Assembly: GCA_964016885.1 (NCBI GenBank)
Contig: OZ024742.1
Span: 292,454,001 to 292,518,000, forward strand
DNA length: 64,000 nucleotides
From: Eledone cirrhosa
Taxonomy: Eukaryota
Direction of reading: 5' to 3'
Shown: piece by piece, positions 50,782 through 64,000 of the stretch
How the letters are laid out: each line of letters starts with the position of its first letter
Numbering within the stretch: position 1 is the stretch's first letter
Position numbers and translations under genes: made by a program
Notes under the pieces: model-generated
The model's database searches: none
What the model saw: only the letters and a program-made list of their open reading frames with translations
What the model was told of the DNA's origin: nothing

Positions 50782-51165
50782 TGTGTGGCTTAGTGGTTAG
50801 AGCATTGGGCTTGCAATCGAAAGGCTGTGAGTTCAATTCTCATACCGGGTGATGTGTTGTTTCCTTGAGCAAGACGCTTTATTTCACATTGCTCCAGTTT
50901 ACTCAGCTGTAAAAATGAGATGACAGGGACTGGGGTCCCTAGCATTCCACTGCAAAGTGGTCGTGGAGGTGCCACGGCAAAAAAGCACCCAGCCCACACT
51001 GTAAAGTGGACGTGTAGGCGCCACGGAAAAAAAAGCACCCAGCACTCACTGTAAATGAGGTTGGTGTTAGGAAGGGCATCCAGCTGTAGAAATCAAGCCA
51101 GAATTAGTTGCCATCCCACCCTTGCAAGCAGGGAAAAGCGGACGTAAAATGATGATGATGATCAT
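50782..51165 (+). mobile_element. Tripartite SINE: tRNA head, CORE-like body, RTE 3' tail
   Basis: TGGCTTAGTGGTTAG...GAGTTCAATTC; TCCTTGAGCAAGAC...; tail matches the RTE subfamily B UTR and ends in (TGA)n. Confidence 0.85.
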
Positions 51166-51397
51166 AATGATATATGTATATATATATACTAATAATAATA
51201 AAAATGACGATTTGTTAGGTCTTCATTACATTTATTGATTAGCTCAAGGTTGGATCTGTATCGATCTGGCCCGACTCTGGAGTCAAAAGCTCATCAGACT
51301 TCTGTTATGATAATGACAGAAACTATGCATCAAGTGCTCACTCTGGTGAACCTACAGTAACTGGATGTTACAATCCTTAAATATATATATATAGACA

Positions 51398-52620
51398 TCT
51401 TTATTTATTTGCCACAGGGGTGTACAAAAATGGAACATTACAAGACATGACGGCGGGGGTTTTACATAAAAATAACTTTAACATTAATAAATAACAATAA
51501 ACTATATATAATAAAATAACAATTGAAATCCCCAGTAGGAGGGAACGTTACTGCAGGGTTGTTTTACACCCCGTGGATAGAACAACCCTCAACACCAGGA
51601 ACACGTTTTGTAGGTGTTCCTGTCTTCCCTCTGTTTATCTTCCTCAACCTACAGGTTTATATACAGAGAAGCCCCATTCACTTGGGCCATTTTTGCCACA
51701 TTCACCCACCTTTCAGCGAATTTACTGGGGTGTAGCACCTCTCTCTCCACTCTCACTTTCCTTCTGAAGTGGTACTTAAAGAAGGGGATAAGTTGTTGTC
51801 CGGAGAGAAAGGTGTTTGCCCTCAGTCCTTTTAACCTCGTCCACCTTATTACCTCTTTCGCCATAGCCACCAGACAGAGGAAAACTGCCTCTCCTTCATT
51901 CTTAAATGAAGGCGGCAGGGTGATCCTCATGATGGACTCGGCTGACAACTGAATGCGTCCCACACATGACAGTAACTGTCCGACATAATTCCACAGGTTA
52001 GTCACCCCTGGGCACTGAATAATTGCGTGCAGAACTGTTTTGATGTCCTGCTCGCATCTTGGACAAGTCCTTTTGGCAGGATCTCTGCCAGGGCGTCTGT
52101 GCCTGTAGATTTTGTCTCGAACTGGTAGAGCTCCTCGGTAGCACTGCCAGGCCAGAGACCTCTGGAAGTTATCCATAGGCCCTGGACGGAAAGTTCTCCC
52201 GAACAGACTGGTCAGTTTGTCCTCCTCGATGCCTAGAGTTTCCCCAAGAACGTTGTCGCACTTATCCTCCGCTAATCCCCTATAGAATGTCGAATTGGAG
52301 TCTCCGCTGATTGCCATTTCCGCTTGGTAGAGGGCTGTGAGTGCCTGAAGGCACTCGAGGTGCCAGGCACCCATTTTCGGTCTTCGTTTGACCCAGGACT
52401 GCAGCTCTGTTAGTGAGACGAGTTGTGGAAGAGCTTGTCTCACAAACGACAGCCACACTGGTTCACCGGTCAGGAATACCTGGAGATGGCGTAGCCTCAG
52501 TGCATGTTTGCGCATCATCAGCCACGGCATGCCCAGCCCTCCGTTAGAAGGGTGTTGACAGCAGATGGATCTCCTCACCAATGGAGCCTGTTTCTTCCAG
52601 AGGAACTTGAAGAGTATTGA
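51398..52620 (-). mobile_element. L1/Tx1-clade LINE 3' portion (post-RT region, zf-RVT, 3' UTR)
   Basis: FKFLWK...GGLGMP; LAWQCYRGALPVRDKI...CPRC...HAIIQCP (CCHC). Confidence 0.85.
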
Positions 52621-53334
52621 TAGATAGATATATACGTGTGTATGTATAACTCAAATTAAAAGATATAGGTATATATAGAGAAAGAACGAGCTATATATCA
52701 TTAGAGAAACACATAGTATTTTGTACAAATATATAAAGCATATAATAGTTATGAAAAAGTAGGTACTTTAAGGTGGAAAAGTTGTTATTATCCTTACGGT
52801 CACTGCTTCTTAGTTCATAAACCATCCAGTGAGCTTTTCTGCTTTAACATAAAGTATCATAACATTATATATGTTATGATACTTCAAATTAGTATATATC
52901 TACTCCAATTCTTAATTTGTTGAGCTGCTTATACTGTGACTAGTACTTTGCACCTCTTTCTAGTGGATGCGATGCCCAGTCCTATTTGTATCTGCTGCCA
53001 CAGTTAAAACGTTCTTAATATAAATAAATATAAACACATATAATAAATAGAATGAATCATTACCAGAAATCTCACAGATGTAATGGTTTCAGATTTAGAC
53101 ACAGGGCCAGAAATTTTGGGGTAGGTGGAAGTTGATTAAATCAAATCCAGTTTGTTACTGGTACTTTGCCTTTCATCCTTATGAGGTCGATAAAATAAAG
53201 TATATATGTATATATGTATGCTTGTATGTATGTATGTATGAGTGGAGAGATGCTGTGCTGAAAGACCCTCCCAACCTATGCAAGTGTTTTACCTAAAACA
53301 TTATTGGAATCAAACAAAGTTGCAAGTTTTATAT

Positions 53335-54688
53335 CAGAGTGACCTTCTCCTAGAGAGATGTCTTAATGAAGACTAGGAGTCTCTCACTCCACAAGGAAAA
53401 AATATTAATTATTGGATGGTCGTTGAGTCTCTTGAGTTCCTCTACCCTTTGAAGGGTTTTGTTTTTCATCTTGTAGGGAGGGTGACCAAAATCGCCCTCC
53501 TCACCAACCAAACTTGGTGAGGTTGCCAGTTTAGTCACCGATGACCCGACCATGCACAGGTTGTACTGGGTTACATGTTATCAGTAGCACTAAAGAGCGA
53601 CCTGACATACATACATACTACATACATACATACATACAAGAACAACATCATTAGTAACTACTGAGCTGCAGGATTTATGTCGAAGTTATCCCAGTTTCCT
53701 GAGTTGCCTTCTCCTAGAAGAATGCTCTGACAAAAGCTAGGGGTCCTTCACTCCCAGTGGTTTAACCGTGCGATCGGGTATCCAGCCCGATTATTTCTGT
53801 GTACCCGCACATATGCATACATATGCATACACATATATACATACGTACATACATATATACATATATACACATGAACATATATTTACACATTTTTGATGGC
53901 CATTGACTCTTATGAGTTCTTCTGCCCTTTGTCAGGTTTTGATTTTTGTCCTGCAGGTTGTCCAAAATTACCCTCCTCTCCAAGTAAACTTTGTGGGGTT
54001 GCCAGTTTAGTTGCCGATGACCTGGCCATTTGACAGGTTGTACTGGGTTACATGTTACCAGTAGCACTCAAGAGTGACCTGACATAAACATACATACATA
54101 CATACATACATACATACATACATACATGGTGGCTGCCAACTCGTTTTCGAGTACAGCCACTACTTTATATCCATGTAGGAGAACCCCTACGGATGCGCTG
54201 AACGAGTGTGACTTTTCAGTCCAGCCAGCGACTTGAAACTCTGGTACAAACACTTGTGGTACAAACACTTGTGACAACTACTGACACATAGTGCTGGACC
54301 GATGGTACCATGTGATGACAAGTGCAGAGAGATCTCCAGATATAAAGCAATGCCTGTGCCGTGGAGCTTTTATAGTGAGCAAAAGCACTGCACAAAGCCA
54401 GTCCCACACTCTTAACCAAGATGATATTTACCAAAAAGAAGAACAAGTCAACGTCATTGGATACCATCAGGGTTGCAGGTGTTATATCAGAGTTTTCCTT
54501 CTCCTAGAATTCTGCCTTGACAAAGACTAAGGGGTCATCTTTCCCAGTGATTTTGGATGGCCATTGACTCTTAAGAGCTCCTTTGCCCTTTGACAGGTTT
54601 TGTTTTTAGTCCTGCAGGATGTCCAAAGTCACCCTCCTCACCAAGAAACCTTGGTGGGGTTGCCAGTTTAGTCGCTAACGACCCGACA
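53335..54688 (-). mobile_element. Array of non-autonomous RTE-derived elements separated by (TATG)n
   Basis: Repeated 5' module ...GACTAAACTGGCAACC...CTAGGAGAAGG at 53335-53606, 53890-54083 and 54485-54688; the copy at 54125-54688 joins it to the C2H2/(ATGT)n 3' end. Confidence 0.7.
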
Positions 54689-54711
54689 TACATACATACA
54701 TACATACATAC

Positions 54712-55838
54712 TTGAGAGATATTCCCTGTGTGATAATCAAAATCTCACACCCAGGGATGTCGTTCAGCAATATCGCAGTGAATCCATGGATGAAAAACTG
54801 CATGCCTATCAGCAAAAAATCATGCATGGATATGTTGCCAGGAAGCTCCAGAGTGAGAGTAATATAGATAAGGAAAGTAGTCTATCTTGGACCAACAACC
54901 GCTATATTGGCTCCCACTTTGAAGGATATGTTTTTGCAATCCAGGAACAGGAGATTAGCATGAAATACCTGATTCACAAAAGAGATAGGGATGCAGGCAA
55001 AACACCTAGATGTGATAACAAGTGCAGACTCTGCAGAACTAACATCAAGGATATCACCCATGTCATCAGCAACTGTCAAAAGATGTCATCGTGGTACTAT
55101 CTACCTATGAGGCATGATGTAGTGGCCAAAACACTGTACAATGCAGTTCGTAAAAAAGATAGCCCCGATAATAAACACATTAAAAGCTACAACAATGTGG
55201 AAGACATCCATGTACATAATATGAAAGAGTACTGGTGGAATGTTCCAGTAAAAACCCCAATAAAATGCAGGCATAACAGACCAGATATTATGATATGGGA
55301 CAGGGAGAAGAAAACATGCACAGTAGTGGAAATTAGCTGCCCAGCAGATGCCATTATAATATCAAAGATTAGTGAAAAGGAGAATATTTATGCAGAACTG
55401 ATGAGAAATCTGCAGATACTCCACCCTGATTACACCTTCATATTTATGCCTGTGATTATTGGGGCACTGGGATATGTTAGTAATTGCCTCAATTCAAATC
55501 TTGAGAAGCTAGGCTTCACAGGAACAGAAAGAACACAACTAGTTAGGAAATTACAAGTACAATCCATTAATGGAACAGTAAAAATATGTAAAACATTCCA
55601 AAAATTTTGCATCTAATAACTGCATATACACATGTACAGATACAAAGCATATACACATGCACACATACATCTCAAAACATCCACATCCACACATACAATA
55701 ACATCCATATCTACACATGCATACATACATATCTACCTAGTTGATGTTGTGTAAATTCCAATGAGAGAGTCTTGTGTCTATGTTAGAAACCGACTCTCTC
55801 TCTATTGGGAAAACTTTGTGAAATTATAAAACCAGAAG
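54712..55838 (+). mobile_element. RLE-type non-LTR retrotransposon (R4/Dong-like) 3' portion within (CATA)n
   Basis: Flanked by (CATA)n on both sides; 3' UTR hairpin GAGAGAGTC...GACTCTCTC. Confidence 0.85.
54786..55616 (+). pseudogene. C-terminal CCHC knuckle and restriction-like endonuclease of a truncated LINE
   Basis: AIQEQEI, CRLC..DITHVISNC, RHD, WWN, NRPDI...VEISCP..K..Y, PVIIGALG. Confidence 0.88.
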
Positions 55839-56261
55839 TACATACATACATACATACATACATACATACATACATACATACATACATACATACATACATA
55901 CATACATACATACATAGGTATACATGCACACTTTTTTTTACATATATATGTGTGAATCTCTTTGTATTTAGAATATATAGCAACAAAAGTCTAAGATAGT
56001 TGACTAATTCTCAAATATGATAATAGTTCCTCTTGCCAATCAATTCTTCAATATTCTATCTCTTTCTTTAAACACTGCCAAACACACACACAATGTAGTT
56101 GTTGTTGCCCATATTCTAAATAAATTAATATCTAGTTTGCTATGTTGACACAAATACAGAGATCTTCTAGGCAAGATATCAAAATATTTTTACTTGTTTC
56201 TTGAAAATCATTTACATCTCAATTCAATATGATCATATGATACTCTTTAACACACATAGAT

Positions 56262-56344
<83 letters not shown>

Positions 56345-56479
56345 GAGAGAGAGAGACAGAAAGACACGTAGATACAGTGTGTGTATATAGACATTAAATG
56401 ATACTGATGCACATACACACATACACACACACACACATCCATATATATATATACTGTACATACATTTCAAATTAAAAGA

Positions 56480-56632
<153 letters not shown>

Positions 56633-56741
56633 CATATATCGTTTAAGAAGCACAGTATTTTGTACACAGATATAAAGCTCATAATATTCAAGAAAATGTG
56701 TATACTTTAGGGTGGAAAAAAGCCATTATATATATGTATAT

Positions 56742-56786
<45 letters not shown>

Positions 56787-56889
56787 GTTTAACGTCCATC
56801 TTCTACGCTTGCATGGGTTTGGACGGGAATTTTCCCACTTGAGGCAAGATTGGTTGTCTTGCTCATATAGGACTGTCTATATATATATA

Positions 56890-58380
56890 AATTGCTACAA
56901 AGGTAAAGGGGATGCTCTGGAGAGGAGCAATTATAGGGGCATAAAACTGATGGATCAGGTTATGAAAATGGCAGCAAGAATATTAGCGCAACTGATTAGA
57001 GAAAGGGTCAAATTAGATGAGATGCAGTTTGGTTTTATGCCTGGGAAAAGTATAACAAATACCCTCTTCTTAGTGAGACAACTACAAGAGAGGTTCTTAG
57101 AGAAGAATAAGCCACTATACTTAGCCTTTGTTGACCTAGAGAAGGCCTTTGATAGGGTACCCCAATTTGTCATGTGGTGGTCCCTAAGGAAACTAGGTGT
57201 TGAGTAATGGCTTGTGAGGACAGTGCAAGCTTTGTACAGAGGTTCTGTCAGTAAAGTGAGGGTAGGAATTGAGTTTAGTGAGGAATTCCAGATACAAGTA
57301 GGAGTACATCAGGGTTTGGTCCTCAGCCCACTCTTGTTCATTATAGTCCTCCAAGCCATAACAAAGGAGTTTAAGACTGTCTGCCCATGAGAACTTCTCT
57401 ATGCTGACGATCTGGTTCTTATAGCAGAATCAGTAGAGGAGCTAGAGAATAAATTCTGGCTATGGAAACAGCAGTTGGAATCAAGAGGACTGAGAGTGAA
57501 CCTAGCTAAGACAGAAGTGTTGATAAGTAGAAAACAGGACAAAACTCTGATTTCGTCAGGGTAATGGCCATGTTTGATATGTAGAAAAGGAACTGGCGTA
57601 AATTCTATAAAATGTACACAATGCAGATCTTGGACACACAAGAGATGTAGTGGGATAGCAGGCAAACTTAACAGGTAGGGAAAACTATGTATGCAGTAGA
57701 TGTACAGGGAAATTTGACAGTAGAAGTCGCAGTGATAGACATATTTTTCAAATGCAGGTAGGTTCTATAGAAGTGGTTGATAGCTTCCGGTACCTAGGTG
57801 ATCAAATTAGCATGGGAGGCAGGTGTTCCAAGGCCATAGTATCTAGAATAAGGATGGGTTGGAAGAAGTTTAGGGAACTGCTTCTTTTGCTGACAAAAAA
57901 GGGTTTCTCCCTACGTACGAAAGGCCGGTTATATAATGTGAAGTGTGCGATGCTGCATGGTAGTGAGACATGGGCAGCAACTGCAGAGGATATGTGACGG
58001 CTGGAGAGAAAGGAAGAAAGAATGCTCCGTTGAATGTGCAATGTCAATGAACGACCAAGCATGGATGAGTTGAGAAAGAAACTGGGTATAAGAGGGATAA
58101 GTTGCGGTGTGCAGGAGAGAAGACTGCGATGATATAGACATGTGATCCGCATGGAGCATGACCGCTGGGTAAAGAAGTGCCAAGAAATGCCAGTAGAAGG
58201 AAGACGCAGTAGAGGATGACCACGAAAAACATGGGCAGAAGTAGTGAGAGCGGACCTCAGATCACTGAAGCCACGGAGGAGATGATGAAGGACAAGTGGA
58301 GAGATACTGTGCTGAATAGGATCCATCCCATCCTTGTAAGCAGGGAAAAGCAGACGAAAAATGATGATGATGATGATGAT
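56890..58380 (+). mobile_element. RTE LINE, short-3'UTR lineage, 5'-truncated with multiple stops
   Basis: NYRGIKL, QFGF, FVDLEKAFD, LYADD, FRYLG, MLHGSETW; (GAT)n tail. Confidence 0.9.
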
Positions 58381-58494
58381 GCTGATATATATTTATATAT
58401 ATATATATATAGTAAGAAGTGCTCTAGCAGCCAAACTGTATGATACAGTTATAGCTGTGTAAATACAGAATGTATGACTGAGACTGCATCAACT

Positions 58495-59688
58495 TCATCA
58501 TCATCATCATCATGACCGTTTTACGTCCGTTCTTCCATGCTAGCATGGGTTAGACGGGTTGTCCTGTTGTGGGCAGTGTCTGGCTGGCTGACCTTGTCTT
58601 GCTCATATGGGAACTGATACTGGCTTGATTTCTACAGCTGGATGCCCTTCCTAACACCAACCTCATTTACCGTGAGTGCTGGGTGCTTTTTTTCTGTTGC
58701 GCCTACACGTCCACTTTACAGTGTGGGCTGGGTGCTATTTTGCCGTGGCACCTCCACGACCACCTTGCGGTGGGGGGTGTGGGGGCATATTGTCTATAGG
58801 CTTCAGCTTCGGCTTGTACCCATGGGGGGGGTCGGGTATTCTGTATTACTGCATGACGCCAGAGGTCACGGTCATGTGTCATCGCCTTTGAGAGGTGTAA
58901 TTGGGTAAGGTCGGCTTTTATCACCTCATCGCAGGTCTTCTTGGGTCTCCCCACTTCGCGGTTTCCATCGACTTCTAGTGCTCTGCACCTTTTTATGCAG
59001 CTGTCATCCTTCATACGCATCACATGTCCATACCAACGCAACCGCCTCTACTGCACACAGCATTTGATTCCTCTTATGCTCAGTCTCTCTCTCAATTCAT
59101 TTATGCTTTGTCGTTCAGGTATATTACTATTACACATCCATCGGAGCAGGCAGGCTTTGTTTCTTTCTAATCTACGCAAGTCTTCCACAGTCTTCCAGGT
59201 CTCACTACCATGTAACATTGCTGTTCGGATACACTCATCATACAGTCTGCCTTTCATTTTGAGGGAGAAGCCTTTTGCAGCTAGCAGTGGCAGTAGTTCC
59301 CTGAACTTCTTCCATCCCATTCTTACCCTTGTTATTGTACTTTCTGAACACCCACCTCCGCTGCTAATTCGGTCACCTAGGTAGCAGAAGCTGTCTACTG
59401 TTTCTACAGAGCCCTCCCAGAGATTGGTGGTACTTGTTTCCTGTGGCTGCTTGCTGCTTGCTGTCCCAGCACAACTGCTGCATGTGAAGCCTACATTCTT
59501 AATTAAGCATCCTGAGATCCCGCTACATCTCTTTTGTACCCATTGTTTGCATTTGGGGCAGAGAATGGAGTTCCTACCTACACCTTTCCTACATACTGAG
59601 CAAGGACATTTCCCTGAGGGGATCTGGGTTTTGTTTTCTCATCTACTTACAAGGACCTTAGTCTTTGTCAGGTTGACTTTGAGACCCT
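58495..59688 (-). mobile_element. RTE LINE subfamily B 3' portion
   Basis: Highly similar to 45010-46190; tail-to-tail with the preceding RTE. Confidence 0.9.
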
Positions 59689-59760
59689 TTCACACATATC
59701 TAATATGTAGGTATGTAAATATGCCAGAAAATACGAATTGAAAAAAAGGATAAAAATCTT

Positions 59761-59795
59761 TAATCGATTTTCAGATCTTATTGGATCTTCATCAG
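59761..59795 (-). ncRNA. Hammerhead core with no evident stem I
   Basis: Revcomp CTGATGA-AGATC(caataa)GATCT-GAAA-ATCGAT-TA; perfect palindromic stem III AATCGATT; flanks do not pair. Confidence 0.45.
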
Positions 59796-60127
59796 TCATA
59801 AATAAACATGTATTTGATGGGTATATATACCTGTAGTGACCTACATTCCGCGGGCTCACATACATTCTCTGTGCGTGATTTGGCTCAGCTCAGCCAATCA
59901 GCGCCAGTAGAAGAGGATGTATCCCTACGCGTCCTGGGGAAGAAATTCCCCACGAAGATTTGAAGAATCTTCCTTTTTGCACCAGGAACTTCGAACCAGC
60001 AACACGTACATGTGACGATGAGATTTTGCACCTTGGCCTGCCGGCTTTCCGGCGCAATGGCACATTCCCTTTTGTAACCTCATTTTATGTGTAACTTCAA
60101 CCATACAAGTTAACCAACATTATTTCG

Positions 60128-60315
60128 GTGGATTGGCAGTATCGATAGAGGGTCGGACGCCATGCTTTCCAGCATAGTTACTTCCCTTTACGATCTGAGT
60201 TCAAATCCCGCCGAGGTTGACTTTGCCTTTCATCCTTACGGGGTCGATAAAATAAAGTACCAGTAATGTACTGGGTAATTTGCTAGCCTTGTGCCTAAAG
60301 TAGAAACAATTATTT
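60128..60315 (+). mobile_element. tRNA-derived SINE (Nin-domain-like)
   Basis: Homologue of 28955-29146; decayed relatives at about 5230-5450, 17285-17440 and 33208-33350. Confidence 0.8.
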
Positions 60316-61235
60316 GTGCTACAACAAAAATAAACATACTTTTCATCTCTAATTTCTGCTGTTGACATCATTATTATGTTACTCGTGTCTCAATAACATT
60401 TATAATCCATGCCGCTAAATACCCATATGCTCCTAGGATTATTCTGAAATGGGCATACTAATTTGCATATAATTAGTGCTTGTGTTGAGTGGTACCTAGC
60501 TAAAAGTAAGTCACTCATTTGTTGATCTGGAGGAAGCTTTTGACAGCATACCCCCATGTCATAATCTGGTGAGGTTTAGAAAACTAGGAGTATTTGAGTG
60601 GCTTGTGAAGGCAGTACAAACCATGTATAGATGTCAAACTCACTTTATGAAATTAATATGTAAGTAACTGAATATTCTACAGAAACATGTATCCTTAAAC
60701 TTATTCTCAGGGAGATTCAGTGTGACACAGTGTGTGACAAGACTGGCCCCTTGAACCCTTGAATTACAAGTACAGCCTATCTAATGGTTTCCAAACAATT
60801 TTCATCTACCCAATTCCACTTATAAGTCATGGGTTCACTCAAGGCTATGTTTAATAAAACTTGCCCAAGATGCCATACTCTATTACCCTATTGCATGTTC
60901 CAAGCCAACAGACTGCGGCCATGCTGGGGCACCACCATGCAAACTTGTTAACCATTTGTGTATGCTGCATCGACTTATACTTATTACATCAATAATTTTA
61001 TTTGAGATCTTCTTCATATAAATATATCACGTGGTATATCATGTGATATATTATGTGTTGCTTTTGATTAACAAACTAACAGTAGGTGCTGTAAAGAAGA
61101 GGATCTGTGTTTCATGAAGGTCACCATCATTATCATCGCCAACATCAACACAACTACCATGATTACCATCACTACCACCATCACAACCACCACCACAACT
61201 ACTATCCTCATCCTCTTTGCCACCACCACTACCAT

Positions 61236-61276
<41 letters not shown>

Positions 61277-61279
<3 letters not shown>

Positions 61280-61790
61280 TCATCATCATTTTCATTTCAT
61301 TTTACGTCCGCTTTTCCCTGCTTGCAAGGGTGGGATGGGAACTGATTCTGGCTTGATTTCTACAGCTGGATGCCCTTCCTAACACCAACCTCATTTACAG
61401 TGAGTGCTGGGTGCTTTTTTGCCGTGGCGCCTACACGTCCACTTTGCAGTGGAATGATAGGGACCCCAGACCCTATCATCTCATTTCTACAGCTGAGTAA
61501 ACTGGAGCAATGTGAAATAAAGTGTCTTGCTCAAGGAAACAACACATCACCCGGTCTGAGAATTGAACTCACAACCTTTTGATTGCAAGGCCAATGCTCT
61601 AACCACTAAGCCATGTGCCTCCCTATTATTCCACTGCAAAGTGGTCGTGGAGGTGCCACAGCAAAAAAGCACCCAGCACTCACTGTAAATGAGGTTGGTG
61701 TTAGGAAGGGCATCCAGCTGTAGAAATCAAGCCAGAATCAGTTCCTGTCCCACCCTTGCAAGCAGGGAAAGAGTGGACGTAAAATTAAAT
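61277..61790. mobile_element. Tripartite SINE (-, 61277-61622) followed by an inverted partial tail copy (+, 61629-61790)
   Basis: Homology to 50782-51165 in both orientations. Confidence 0.82.
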
Positions 61791-61936
61791 GAATGAATGA
61801 AATGAATATATATTATATATATTATATATATATATTATATATATATATTATATATATATATTATATATATATATATATTATATATATATATTATATATAT
61901 ATATTATATATATATATTATATATATATATTATATA

Positions 61937-61967
<31 letters not shown>

Positions 61968-62359
61968 GACACGCACACAGCTCAAGATACAGATGAATGA
62001 ACATATAACTATAATAAAAACTATACCTGAATGAACAACAGAGTTGTTAGAATATTGGTAAATCACCAAAAGACATTTACAAATATACACCGAATATAAT
62101 TGCATATTTATACTGGTTATTAAACTGTAGTCAACATTGAAAATGTGAGGAGTAAACAAGGCTGAGAGACAGTTTATAGTTAGACTGGTTGTGTTACTCA
62201 TCTACTTGGAACAGAGGGAAATCAGTGAAAAGAAAAATGGTCTCATATGTGTGATCTAGGGTTGTGATAGATTTAGCACTGAACATTCCATCATAATGAA
62301 ACACAGTCATCATCATCACCATCATCATCATCACCACCATCATCATCATCATCATCGTC

Positions 62360-62390
<31 letters not shown>

Positions 62391-64000
62391 TCATTATAAT
62401 CATCATCATCATTATTATCATCATCATCACCATTTAACATCTATTTTTCCATGATTGCATGAGTTAGACAGGTCGTCTACGTTATGATACAAGTCAGGCC
62501 AGCTGGTTGTGCCATGCCTTGTTCAAATGGAACTGCATTTTGACTAGGATTTTTATAGCTGGATGCCCTTCCTAACACCAACCACATTTACAATGTGGAA
62601 CTGGGTGGTCCTGTTATGACTCAAGTCTGGCCAGTTGGCCACACTGCACCTTGTACGTATCAATATTGGGTTGGCTGGGTTTTTACAGTTGCTGGATGCT
62701 CTTCTTAACACCAACCATGTTTACAGTGTGGAATTGAGTGGCACTGTTATGGGGAGGGTCTGGCCAGTTGATCGTTATGTACCCTGCTCACAGCGGAACC
62801 ATATTTTGGGAGCTGGGTGGTCCCATTATGAGTGATATCTGGACATTGACCACACCATGGTCTCAGGAAATAATTATATATTTGATTTAATTATACAAAT
62901 TTCTATAAAAATGTGATTCTCTAAGGTTCAGCAATGCACCTCTTTCGTGCCTGCGCCCTGGGAAACTAACGATTTGGTTTAATGATAGTGCTGGCCCTGA
63001 TAATGCGGGAGATATGTTTGTATACAGGTGAAGTATCCTATACTGTCATACAGAGGAAATACTATCTTGTACATGGGGATATGTATATTTTTCTTTACAG
63101 CAATATTGATTTATATTTTTCCTTGAGAAGAATATCATTTGCTTGTGACTACATACCTATCAGTATTGTATATTGTATATTTTATCTCAACCCTTCAGCA
63201 AGTGAATTATTCTGACAGGTATAGCATTTTTCTTTTCAGGATACAAATTCTGAACTGAAAGAAGAAGAAAAATGCAAACTGTCGAAGGAATTTCAGAAGA
63301 AATTTATTGATCTATTGTAATAATAATTTTAGAAGTATATGTCCTCAGTTTTCACATAAAAAAGTCTTACCAATATGGGTAAAAACCAAAACCTGATGTA
63401 AAGTTTTCTATTGTGAAAACTATTTACTATCAATTTAAGCCAAGACAGATGACTAATAACATAAGATAAGTAAGAAGTTCTATAGACAAAGTGGGATAAA
63501 TAATACATTAAGATAAGATTTGTTTATAAATACTTGCCAATATTTGATATAAGTCTGGTAATTATCGAAACATATTACCATAAATTAAGTTAGGAAAACA
63601 TCAAGAATTTCAAAATACCAAATTCAAAAACTCAAAATATGATTTAGTATTCTATTAACAGGGGGTAAATCTTATTTGTTGTATTACATCTAATCTTCAG
63701 AGAAAGCATATGGTATAGTGGTTAGAGTATTGGATTCATTATCATAAGTTTATGGGTTTTATTCCTGGACAGGGTGTGGCTTTGTGTTTTTCAGAAAGAC
63801 ATTTAATTTCACATTGCTTTTAATGATAAGACTGGGGCTCCTATTATTAAAACACCCAAGATACTGCCTATGCAATGGAATCTCATGGAAAGCCAGCTAA
63901 ACCTATAAAGGTGTAACCTATAAATTTCATTTTTCAGTTAAAAATAATTTAACTATAACTTATTACAGAGATAACTTGAATATGCATTTTACATTGTTTT

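Noticed and set aside
52852-52884. Perfect 14-bp hairpin AAGTATCATAACAT/ATGTTATGATACTT as a terminator or ribozyme stem
   Set aside because: No CUGANGA/GAAA core; bacterial terminator logic does not apply; probably part of a repeat (52690-52780 resembles 56640-56720)

Overview
Animal (eukaryotic) genomic DNA: AT-rich, dense in microsatellites ((TA)n, (CA)n, (GA)n, (CAT)n, (CATA)n) and almost entirely transposon-derived. The repeat landscape suggests a coleoid cephalopod such as Octopus; this is an inference, not verified. No host protein-coding gene can be supported, and most ORFs in the track are microsatellite or antisense artefacts. Recognisable elements: a DD37D (maT) Tc1/mariner with TIRs; several RTE-clade LINEs carrying a PHD-like finger; an L1/Tx1-type 3' fragment; an RLE (R4/Dong-like) LINE 3' end; a near-complete Naiad-like Penelope-like element (PLE) plus a second GIY-YIG PLE fragment; tRNA-derived SINEs; and piggyBac-, hAT- and TA-TSD MITEs. 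The main structure that the ORF track does not show is a set of type I hammerhead ribozyme (HHR) motifs: nine complete, one partial and several half-motifs, from at least four sequence families, some with stem II covariation. Highlights are a HHR with a 95-nt branched stem II (36013-36139), a 450-bp palindrome carrying a HHR on each strand (20554-21010), and a 52-bp element made of only a HHR 3' half that sits in (TA)n tracts. All RNA structures were read by eye and need computational and in vitro confirmation.
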